From: Rebecca billardiae RCC1528
Lineage: Eukaryota; Protista; Haptophyta
Direction of reading: 5' to 3'
NCBI GenBank assembly: GCA_965240325.2
Contig: OZ251229.1
Coordinates: forward strand, 1,550,001-1,614,000
DNA: 64,000 nucleotides
Positions 34,318 through 44,356 of this stretch are shown here, one piece after another (within the stretch, counting starts at the first letter, position 1; every line of letters begins with the position of its first letter). A program made the translations under genes and the position numbers. Below the pieces are notes generated by a model. It made no database searches. It saw nothing but the letters and a program-made list of their open reading frames with translations, and was not told where the DNA came from.

Positions 34318-36202
34318 TCACATCTCGAGGAAGCCCACGCCAACGCCGTCGGGGAGCGGGCAGTACGCCGAGCACATCACTCGCTGCAGCGCGCCTGTGC
34401 GCGACAGCGCGCCGAGCGCCGCTGCGGCCAGCGCTACTCCAGCCGCGGCGCCGCGCCAGCCGACCCGCGCCTGCCCGGGCTCGTGCGTAGCCTCGCCCGC
34501 CGGGCCCGCAGGGCCGTCGACGGCCTCCACCTGCTGGGCCATCGGCGCGGCTTCAGCCGTAATCAGATCGTCGGCTTTGCCGGACGCGCCGGTCGAGCCG
34601 TTCGCGCCGACGTCCTCGTCTTCGACACGATCATCTCCGCCCGCCTCGGCTTCAGCCTCTGCCCGCGCGCACTCGACGGCGTCTGCGCCCACGTCCTGGA
34701 GAAGCTGCGCGAGCAGCTCGGCGCCGTTCAGCTCGCCGGGTGACGCTGCGCGCAGGTTGTGCCCAAGGGCCCAGAAGCGCTGCATGTCCGCGGGCGAGCA
34801 GCCCCGCAGGTAGGAGAGCGCGTGCTTGACGAAGGCCTCGGCCAGCAGCATGTGCGCGAGCTGCTGCGGCACGTGCCCGCCATCCGCCAGCGCGGCAAGC
34901 CTGGCGTCGTACTCGGAGTGCAGCTGCACGAGCACGTCCATGGCGATCTGCGAGGCGAGCTGCGGCGGCATGACGGGCGGGACGTCGTCCGCGTACACCT
35001 CGGCGTCCTCCTCCTCCGAGCCGGCTGCCGACGTCTCGTCCGAGGCAGCCTCCGCCTGGGCGACCGGGGCGTCAGCCGCAGCCTCCGCACCGGCAGAGGC
35101 GTCCTCGCCGGCCGCGCGGTCGATGGCGCGGTGCACCGCGCTCCCGGCGGCGGCGCTCGCCAGGCCCGCGCTAGCCTCACTCTCCTCCGCCGGAATCCCC
35201 CGCGCGTCCGCGATCAGCTCGTTGAGCAGGTCGAAGCCCGTCGAGCCCGGCTCCTCGCCCGCGTCGCCCAGCAGCGTGAACACGCCGTTCACGAGCGCCT
35301 CGTCCTGCCGCTGCAGGAAGGCGAGCGCGTTGCGGAGCAGCACCTCGGAGAAGAGGACTGCGCGGGAGCGTTCGGGATGTGTGTGCGCGCGCCCAGCCGT
35401 CGGTCAGCCGCGTCGCGTGCGCGTGTGGTGCGCGCAGCGCCGCAGGGGGTCGCGGCGGGGGCGGCGGGGCGCGCGCGCGCGCACCGGCCAGCTGGCGCTG
35501 CTCGAGCTCAGCACCGTGCGCGGCGCACACGGCGTCCCACTTGAGCGAGAACTCGTGCGCGACGTGGTCCAGCGCAGCGCACGTCGCGTCCACCTGCGCG
35601 CTGTGCAGTCCCTCCTCCTCTGCCTGCGGCTCATCGTTCACATCCGCGTGCGCACCGTCGTCGAGCGGATCAGCGTCAGCCAGGCCCTCCTGCTCCGCGT
35701 CTGCGTCGGACTCGGTCTGCTCCGCGGCGGCGGCCTCGTGCGCGCGCGCCAGCATCGCGTTCAGCGCGACGATGCCGTCGTCAGGGCCCGTGGCGAAGAC
35801 GCGCACGTGGTCCTCCACGACGCCGCGGCCGTGCTTGGCACAGATCTCGTGCAGCTTGGCCAGGCCGTACCGCAGCATCGTCTCGGCCTGGACGAGCTCG
35901 CGCTGCGCCTCGGCCTCGGGGTCCTCGTCACTCGCGTCATCCTCGTCGCTCGTCGAGTCGGCCGCCGCCGGCGAGCCCGCGCCTTCGAGGTGCATAGTCT
36001 CGAGCGTGTCGAGCAGGAGGCCGGGCTGCGAGCCGTACAGACCGCGCGCCGACGGCGTCGGCTCCTCCGGCAGGGTGTCGACCGTGAGCGGGCCGCACGA
36101 CGGCGGCGCGCCGCCGACGGTCTCCGCCTTCGACGGCGGCGCATCGGCCGGCACATTCACGCTGAGCGGAGGCGCGTTCTCGTCGTTCGCCAGCATGTCC
36201 AC
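34318..36202 (-). CDS. Acidic hypothetical protein, at least 2 exons; 3' end uncertain
   Basis: Exon 36202-35485, intron 35484-35358 (GTGCGC..GCGCAG) joins in frame as QLAVLFSEVLLRN; host-like codon use. Confidence 0.7.
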
Positions 36203-36478
36203 GCGTGCACCTGCGCACTTCGAATTGCCGCCGTCTCAAGCCGCTGCGCGCCGGCCGTTGCCCAAGCCGAGCGCCGCAGATCAAACGTTCAGCAAGTCAG
36301 CCCCGACCGGACTGGCCACAACCTGTCCGGACCGGGAGGAACAAAGTACATTAGTACGCCGATACCCCCATAGTCAATAGAGTATTATGTGACTGACTTA
36401 CTTGTAGCGGCCGCCATCGTTCTATCATAAAGTAGGTAGCTCCGACACGCTGGCTGCCAAGGTGGGCTTGGCGCTGGC

Positions 36479-39400
36479 ATGGACGGCGAGGCGGCCGAGG
36501 ACGACGAGTTTGGCGGGGCCGACGGGGAGGCGAGGCTGCGCGAGCTCGAGGAGATCCGGTGCATCGGCCGCGGCGCGACTGGGCAGGCGATCCTCGCGCG
36601 CGCGCCGCGCAGCGGTCGGCTGTACGTCGTGAAGCACATACTGCTGCCCGCACTGCCCGAGCAGGGCAGCCTGGGCGTGGAGGTGGAGGCGCTGCAGCGG
36701 TTGGAGCACCCCAACGTGGTGCGCTTCTACGGCTCGTACCTCGACCGCGCGGGCGCGCAGCCCAAGCGGTGCATCGCCATGGAGTACTGCGACTCTGGCA
36801 CGCTCGCGCAGTGGATGCAGCTGCGCTGGGACGCGGTGCACGAGGACGAGCGCTGGGGGCTGATCTCCGAGGACGAGATCATGGCGTGCTTCGCGCAGAT
36901 TGTGGAGGGGCTTGCGCACGTGCACGCCAAGAAGGTGCTCCACCGCGACCTCAAGGGTGCGCGCCGGCGCGCGCGACCTGCGCGGGGCGGCCATGCGAGC
37001 GCCCGTCGCCAACAACCGTGCGTGGCCGCGTGGCCGCGCGGCCGCGCGCGCGCTGCGCAGCCGAGAACATCCTGCTGCACCGCGACGACGTGCTCAAGCT
37101 GGGTGATTTTGGCGTGAGCCGCATCCTCAACACCACCACCGCGATGGCATCGACTTGCATCGGCAGTGCGTGCTTGGCGCGGCGGCGTGTGCGCTGCGCG
37201 GAGCACGGGTGCGCGCCCTGCGCCTGACGGCCTGCGGCGGTGTGCGCCGTCCGCGCGCCCGCGCGCAGCACCCTACTATCTGAGCCCCGAGATGGTCGAG
37301 GGCCAGCCTTACTCGTACAAGAGCGACGTGTGGGCCCTCGGCGTGCTGCTGTACAAGATGGCCGCCGCGAAGCCGCCCTTCCAAGGTGCGCGCGCGCCGG
37401 CCGCACACGAGCCCTCACCCAGGGCCTGCGCTCAGCCCGCCTTCTCGCCGTGTGCGCGTGTGGGTGTGCTGTGCGCGCGCGCAGGGAGCAACATCGCGAT
37501 GGTGGGGAACAACATCCGCAGGGCCGAGTACAAGGCGCTGCCGCCGCGCTACTCTGCAGACTTCCACTACCTGGTCGCGCAGCTCCTGCAGACCAGCCCC
37601 GAGCAGCGGCCGTCCGCTGAGGAGCTGCTGTCGATGCCGTACGTGCAGCGGCATCAGAAGCGCGTGCGCAGGCGGCACCGCGCGCGCGCGCTCTCGCCCG
37701 ACGAGCTGCCGCCCTCGCGCATCCCGGTGCCGCGCCGGCCGACGACGCCGGGCACGCCCGGCAGCGTGTCGGCCCTCCGCTTTGCGCCGACATCTGCGCA
37801 CGCGGCCGACGCCGCCGCGGCCGCGGCCGGCGCAGACGCAGCGGCCGCACAGCCAGCGGGCGGCGAGGCGGCGGTGGCTGGGGCGGCGGCGCGCGCCCAT
37901 GGGATGGGAGCCGCCGCGTCCCTCGCGCCCGACGCCGCCGCCGCCGAGGCCGCGGCGAGAGCCGCGCCGCCGGCGCCGCGCGACTCGCCTGCCCGCGCCG
38001 CCGGCGCGCGCTCGCCTGGCGGCCGTCGCACCACCGCCGAGCTGGGCTCGCCACCGTCGTCTGCGGGCAGGCGCTCGCCGTCAGCGAGTCGGCGTGGCGT
38101 GCCGGCGCTGCCGAGCGCGGCGAGCGCTGCCGCCGGCGTATGCGCCGGCGCCGAGCAGCTCTCGGCGCCTCCGCCGCTGCGCACGCCGCCGGGCCGCTCG
38201 CCGCGTGCCGATGAGCCCGCGCCGGACCTGTTGCAGTCACCAACCGGCCGGCGGCTCAGCAGCCCCGCGGCCATGAGCGGCTGCTCCTCGGCCGCCTCCT
38301 CGCCCTCGGGCTCATTCAGGCGGCAGGCGCGCGTGCCCTGCAGCAGCCCTGCGCCCGTGAGCGGCTGCTCTTCCGCCGCCTCCTCGCCCTCGGGCTCATT
38401 CAGGCGGCAGGCGCGCGTGCTCGGCCGCGGCATGCTCAGCCCGACGGCCGCGTCCGCGGCCAAGGCGCTCAGGTCACCGCCGCTCGCGCCGAGCGCCGGC
38501 CGGCCGCCGGCGTGCTCTCGCGCCGCGTCGCACGGCTCGGGCGCGCCGCCGCCGCCGCCACCGCCGCCGCCGGCCGTCCCCTCCGACGGCCGCCCGAGCG
38601 GAGCCTCGGCGCACGCGACGCGCCGCTCTGTAGATGGCACGGCGCGCGCGCGGCGCAGCGGCGCGTGCTCGAGCCCGGCGCGCACGTCCAGCGCCGGCGG
38701 CTCGGGCCGTGGCGGACTCTCGCGCCCGGGCTCGCGCGGCGTCCCGCGCGCGCGCGCGGCCACCGCCGCCGAGCTGCCCGCGGCCGCGCGCGCGCCCGCC
38801 ACCGTCCCGAGCGGCGCCTCCTCGCCCGCGCACGCCCGGCTCGAGCAGGAGCGACGGGACCGCGAGCGGCTTGGCGCGGACGAGATCGCGCGGCGGCGGC
38901 GCTCGGAGCTGGACGAGCTGCGCACGCAGAAGGACGCGCTGCGCGCCGCCGCGGCGGAGCTCGCGTCTCGGCAGCTGCCGGCGGCGCCCCGCTCGCCGAG
39001 CGCGCGCGTCCCCGGCCGCATGGCGCGCGCGCTCTCTGTCGACAGCGTGAGCGGAGTGCTCGCAGCCGCCGAGCACCACGGCCTGCGAGGCGCAGACGAC
39101 GGGCGGAGCGGCGGCGCTGCCGAGGAGCATCCCGCCGACGCGAGCGTGGGCGCCGCGCGCGTGCTGCCGAGCGAGGTGCTCGTGCCCTCGCCCGACGGCG
39201 TGGGCGCGCACCGGCTGCACCTCGTGCCCTCGCCCGGCTCATTCGTGCACAGCGGCGGCTCGGCGTCGTCCGGAGCGCCGACGGCTCCCGTCTCCAGCCG
39301 CTCGACGGCGCGCTCGGCGCCCGACGCCTCCGCCGACGAGACGCCGCCGCTCGCGCCGCCGGGGATGCCTGCGCCGCCGCGCGCGTCGGCGTCCGTCCCG

Positions 39401-39730
39401 GCGCTCACGCTGGCGTGGGGCGCGCTGCGCGTGGGCGGCGGCGAGCTGAGCGAGGTGCACGCACTCACCGCCAAGATGGCCACGCGCGTCTCCAGCCTGC
39501 AGGGGATCGAGCTGCCGCTCAGCAGCGAGCTGCTGTCCGTCTCGCGAGGGCACAGCGCCAGGGCGGAGGACGAGGGGGCGGACGGCCGCTCGGAGCAGCT
39601 GCTGGCCCGCCCTGGCACCGGTGGCGCCGGCGGCGCCGGCGGCGCCGGCGGCGCCGCCAGCCACGCAGCAGGCGCAGCCGCGCCCGGCACTGAGGCGAGG
39701 CCGGCGCCGCTGAATGCTATTGTCGGCTGA
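36479..39730 (+). CDS. NIMA-related (NEK) Ser/Thr kinase with long low-complexity tail
   Basis: Exons 36479-36956, 37061-37165, 37269-37385, 37485-39730 restore HRDLKAENILL, KLGDFGVSRIL, CIGTPYYLSPE, PYSYKSDVWALG. Confidence 0.93.
38257..38420 (+). repeat. 84-bp in-frame tandem duplication in the NEK tail
   Basis: SSPAxxSGCSSAASSPSGSFRRQARV occurs twice. Confidence 0.9.
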
Positions 39731-39901
39731 CGACGGCGACGGCGGGTGTGACCCGATGACGTTGACGACAGCATCTTGTATATAGTCTACTCAGAGGACG
39801 TGATCTGCGTATAAGATTTCGTCATGACTGTGACGACGTAGTCGACGACTGTCGTCGTCCGACTTTCATCAAGAATGCTGCTGCTGATGATGATGATATA
39901 A

Positions 39902-39908
<7 letters not shown>

Positions 39909-39944
<36 letters not shown>
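39909..39944. repeat. (TA)n microsatellite
   Basis: Direct read. Confidence 0.95.
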
Positions 39945-39945
<1 letters not shown>

Positions 39946-40032
39946 GCGTTAATATATACGCGATATGATCATCGCGTCATCAAGTCATCAGGCTCATCAG
40001 CGCGCAGCATTTGACTTATTATTCATCGTCAT

Positions 40033-41196
40033 TCATTGCTGACGAGGCCAGTGACTCGGATGAAGCAGCAGTGATGATGAGGGGCTGTGCTCGTGATGGC
40101 CAAGCACGTGGCCGGCGAGAAGATCGAGGCTGACGCCGAGCACAGACGAGGCTTGCCCAATGCAGCCAGATGCGGCGAGCTTGTCAATGCACTCCACGAC
40201 GCGGAGCGGCGGCGGGCGCATCGTCGGCATCGGCGTGACCTGCCCACGGATGTTTGGGAACGCACGGACGGCGCTGCCATGTGACGCAGGCCGCGTTCCC
40301 TCTGGGCCGAGAGCGAGCTCCATGGCGAACTCCTGCGCGTTCGGTTGGGCATGCATGTGCTCGAGTGCGTTCCACGCCGTGTCCTCGCCCGTCATCACGA
40401 GGAGAAGCAGCTGCACCACCTGCCCCAGCCGGCCGCTCCGCTGCTCGATTCCCAGCGCCGAGCACAGGCGCACGGCCGTCGCCAGCGAGCAGCTCTCAGC
40501 ATAGCCTTCAAATTCGTCTGACTGCCAGTCGGGGTCCGAGTAGCGCATCGCAAGGAGCTGCTCGCACCGAGGCGGTGCGTCCTCACTTGGAACGAGCGCG
40601 AACACTCTCATCGCGTAGAAGTACCCGTGCTCTGCTTCAGTCGCAAAGAGCACACGCGGTCCGGGCCGTGCGCCGCATGGTGGGAGCGTGAAGAAGCAGC
40701 GTTTGAGGTTGGCCTGGCCGGCGCGCGAGCCGTACGTGCCGCCGTGGAAGTAGAGCGAGCTAGCTACCGCCGCCATCTCCTCAGGGCTGAACAGCCGCTC
40801 GTGTACATCACGGGTGTCGTGTGGCGATGACATCACCACATTGTGATCGAGCGCCGACAGCGCGCGCCGCAGATCGAAACGGCCGCACACCTCCATGCAC
40901 AGGCGCTCAAAGTACTGCGGGCTCGCGTTGGCCTTGCGCTCGTCGATCTCTGCGCGCCAGCAGCCGAGGGCGCTCGCCTCGGCGGAGCGCAGGTGTGCCG
41001 GATCCATCAGGAATCGCTCGAGCGAGTCCGAGTGCAGAAGGAGCGGCAAACGGTCGTCAGAGTCGTGCAGTGCGGCGACAGCGTGCACGACATCGACGCT
41101 GTCCTCACAGAACGTCAGAACATGCTCGACAAGCTCGGCCGAGAGATCGGAGAAGCACGCCTTCCGGCGCGCGCGCGGCGCGTCGAGCTTCTGCAT
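40033..41196 (-). CDS. F-box-like protein with unknown C-terminal domain
   Basis: N-terminal FSDLSAELVEHVLTFC fits the F-box consensus; 387-aa intronless ORF. Confidence 0.65.
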   Translation of the reverse strand: MQKLDAPRARRKACFSDLSAELVEHVLTFCEDSVDVVHAVAALHDSDDRLPLLLHSDSLERFLMDPAHLRSAEASALGCWRAEIDERKANASPQYFERLCMEVCGRFDLRRALSALDHNVVMSSPHDTRDVHERLFSPEEMAAVASSLYFHGGTYGSRAGQANLKRCFFTLPPCGARPGPRVLFATEAEHGYFYAMRVFALVPSEDAPPRCEQLLAMRYSDPDWQSDEFEGYAESCSLATAVRLCSALGIEQRSGRLGQVVQLLLLVMTGEDTAWNALEHMHAQPNAQEFAMELALGPEGTRPASHGSAVRAFPNIRGQVTPMPTMRPPPLRVVECIDKLAASGCIGQASSVLGVSLDLLAGHVLGHHEHSPSSSLLLHPSHWPRQQ

Positions 41197-42097
41197 GCGG
41201 GGGGCGTCAGCGTTCGTGAATGACGCTGAGGGAGACGCCGGTCGCCGGCGCGCCGCGCGCCAAAGCTCGCGGCGAGATCAATCGTCGATCCCGGCATGCA
41301 CTTTGGCTTTGCACCACAAGTACTGAATGACCAGCGAGACCCGCTTTTTCCGCAGTGCGATACTCACTGCGATCGGTCGCTGACGAACGGGCGGCGGGGC
41401 GCTTGAGTATGGACGTGGCTCCGCCACGCGCGCCGAGGCTGGTGAGCGTTACGACCATATTCTACGACGCGCGCGCCGCGCCATCCACCTGCTTCCTTGC
41501 CTCCGACGAGGGTCTTCTGCCAGATATGAATTCTGATGAAGACAGAGTCTGAGACCGGACGGGAACGGTGCTTCAAGGTGTTTTAATACTGCTCTGAGTG
41601 CTCATGAACAGTGTCACGACCCTCACTCACCTGCTTACAGCGGCCGAGTTGCAACTGGTTGGGCATCAGAGATCGGTTCGTGTCCGACGCTGCAACGGCG
41701 GACGGGCCCTCAATAGACATCGCAATACGGCTTATATGATGACTATACCTCGGCAGCATCGGCAAGCGGCTAATGGCAAGCGGTACCGCGTATGCCGTCA
41801 CTGTCACACTCTGCAGCAGCCGCCACTCGCCAGTGGCGTTACACTTAGTTACGGTTCATCGTCTCAGTCATTATGACTACTGAATACTGCCACTGGCGTT
41901 GCCACTCATCCGCTGACTGCTGGCCGCGCAGGGCCGCGCGGGTTAGTCGCATCGGTCTACGGGATGAAGTGAGTCCGCTGCGCCGCCGGGGCGCCAGTGA
42001 GCCCCTGAGGCTTCAATCATCGTCACTCAATAATCATCAGCAATATATGATTATGCCTATGGCCTGTCGGCTGAGTCTGTGCCGCAACAGACGACAG

Positions 42098-42608
42098 CAA
42101 CTGTTAGCAACATATGACACAGTCCCGGTCCGAGACCGAGAGGCGAGAGTCACTGTCAGGGGCGGCGCCCGCGGACCAATGTCATCAATATGATTATTCG
42201 ATGATCTTGATTGCCACTGTGCTAATGGGAGTCGGTCCGGATCGATATATCATCGCGACGACTGCTTATATAGCCCGCATAAAGTGTCTAGCGCCTTGAT
42301 GGCAAAGCCTCATCAATGCTCCAGCAACTGTTAGCAACAAATATGACACAGTCCCGCTGGTCCGAGACCGAGACGGGCGGCGAGAGTCACTGTCAGGCCT
42401 CAGGGGCGGCTGCCCGCGGACCAATGTCAATATATGACGATTACTTTCGATGATGATCTCGTGATTGCCACAATGTGCTAATGGGAGTCATCTGTAGTCC
42501 GGCGGATGGCGATATCCGCGATATATCATGATCATCGCGACGACTGAATTATATATAGCCCGCATAAAGTGTCTAGCGCCAGTGATGGCAAAGCCTCATC
42601 AATGCTCA
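42098..42608 (+). repeat. Tandem duplication (~225 bp and ~285 bp); second copy expanded by many small insertions
   Basis: 42098-42320 vs 42323-42606 align from cagcaactgttagcaaca to gcctcatcaatgctc. Confidence 0.9.
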
Positions 42609-42683
42609 TGCCTCCCGAGCCGGCCGCCGCGGAGCCGCCCGACAGCACTTGCGACTTGGGCTTGGCATGAATGGTTATGACAG

Positions 42684-44276
42684 TCATGTGCCTGCGGCTG
42701 CGCGCGCAGCCGGCCGCGGTACGCCGTGCCCACCTGGCGCCGCAGGTCCGGCGATTCCCGGCAACCCAAAGCCCGGGGCGCGGTGGAACCGCACGGCTGC
42801 AGCCGCACCAGGGTTAGCGCGCTGAGCGTAGGCCTGGGCCGGCAGCGGGGGCGCGGCCCCACCGCGCCCAACTGAGCTGCTACGCGTCACGGCGCTCGCC
42901 GAGTGCGCCGTGACTGCACCCGGCAGGGCGCGCGAGCCAATGCCGGCTCCGACGGAGAGCGAGCGCCCACCGAGCTGCAGCGCACCACTGCTCGCGTAGC
43001 CAGGCGCCCCGCTCCCCGCACCGTTGTCCATAGCCCTCGCCGCCGCGCTCCGGGCTGCGGGCAGCGGTGGCCGCGCAGCCCGCGGCGCGATCGCCCCGCC
43101 CCCGGCGCGCGTCAGCTGATGAGCGGGCAATGCGCCGCGTGCCAGCGCGCCGCGCAGCGGTGGCGCCCTGCCGGCGATCTGCGTGCCGCCCGCGAGCCCT
43201 GGCGCCGAAGCGCGCCTGCTCGCCGCCCCAGGCGCGCCGCCGCCGCTGCCGGCCGCGCTCGCGCTGATGCGCGCCAGCAGCGTGGCGCGCGCCGCCTCCG
43301 CCTCCTGCTGACGGATGAACCAACGCAGGGCGGCGCTCGACGGCGGCGGCGGCGCGTCGCCGGCCGTGCCGGCGTCGGCTGCGCGTTCGCGCGCGTCGAC
43401 GGCCGCGAGCCCGTCCAACAGTCCCTCGCGCCGCACGCCCTGCGCGCTCTCGAGCTGCGCGCGAGCCTCCTCCTGCGCAGCGGCCGCGCCGATTGGCCAC
43501 GCGGCGCGGCAGAGCGGACATTGGACCGAGGCCCCGTCGGCGTTCATGTTGTGCACGGACCAGGCGGCGAGGCAGCGCGCGTGCATCGAGCGGCCGCAGG
43601 ACACCTTGCACCACACGAGCGCGCCGTCCTCCTCGCCCGCCTCGCCGCCGCCGCCATCCTGCTCGTCGGCCATCTCCTCAAAGCAGATGGGACACGTCTC
43701 TCCCTCCTCCAGGGGGCGGCGCGTCGGGCGCGGCCGCGGCGCGGCGCGCCGGGCTGGGGCGTGCATCAGCAGGTGCGCGTCCTCGCCGGAGAGCTCGAGG
43801 AGCCAGTTGACGCTCTCGCCGTCCAGCGCACGCTGACGCCCGGCCCCGGCGCGTGACTGCGCACGGCTGCCACCACGCGCTGACGCCGCCTGCGCCTGCG
43901 AGCGCGCTCTCAAGAGCGCGCCCAGCTCGGCCTCGGTGAGCCCTGCGCGGTGCAGGAGCGGCGAGTGGCGCGCCACGCCGAAGAGTTTGCTCAGCACCCA
44001 CCGCGTGTGCCTGCATGGCTGCGGCGACAGACGGCACGCTGAGCAGCGGTGCTCGACGCCGATCGACACACGCGCGCGGAACGTCGGCGGTTCGTCTGCG
44101 GCGCGGACGTCGAAGGCTGTGAGACCACGCTCGACAAGGAGGTAGAAGGACGGGGCTGCCCCCGCGCCATTCCGAGCGCCGGCGCCGGCGCCGACGCCGC
44201 CCGAGCCCGGCCCAGCCCCCCCGCCCGCGGATTCGCCTCCCGCACGAGTTGCGGGGCGCGACACGGCGGTCGCCAT
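42684..44276 (-). CDS. SWIM zinc finger + RING E3 ligase (ZSWIM2/MEKK1-N-like)
   Basis: SWIM-like VSIGVEHRCSAC...PCRHTRWVL; RING CPICFEEM...LVWCKVSCGRSMHARC...W...CPLCR. Confidence 0.85.
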   Translation of the reverse strand: MATAVSRPATRAGGESAGGGAGPGSGGVGAGAGARNGAGAAPSFYLLVERGLTAFDVRAADEPPTFRARVSIGVEHRCSACRLSPQPCRHTRWVLSKLFGVARHSPLLHRAGLTEAELGALLRARSQAQAASARGGSRAQSRAGAGRQRALDGESVNWLLELSGEDAHLLMHAPARRAAPRPRPTRRPLEEGETCPICFEEMADEQDGGGGEAGEEDGALVWCKVSCGRSMHARCLAAWSVHNMNADGASVQCPLCRAAWPIGAAAAQEEARAQLESAQGVRREGLLDGLAAVDARERAADAGTAGDAPPPPSSAALRWFIRQQEAEAARATLLARISASAAGSGGGAPGAASRRASAPGLAGGTQIAGRAPPLRGALARGALPAHQLTRAGGGAIAPRAARPPLPAARSAAARAMDNGAGSGAPGYASSGALQLGGRSLSVGAGIGSRALPGAVTAHSASAVTRSSSVGRGGAAPPLPAQAYAQRANPGAAAAVRFHRAPGFGLPGIAGPAAPGGHGVPRPAARAAAGT

Positions 44277-44356
44277 GAAACCGCCGGGTGCCTGCGGTGA
44301 CACCCTGACCAAAGAAAACCCTACACTTCTCAATCATCAGTCCTCACTTCGGCAGG

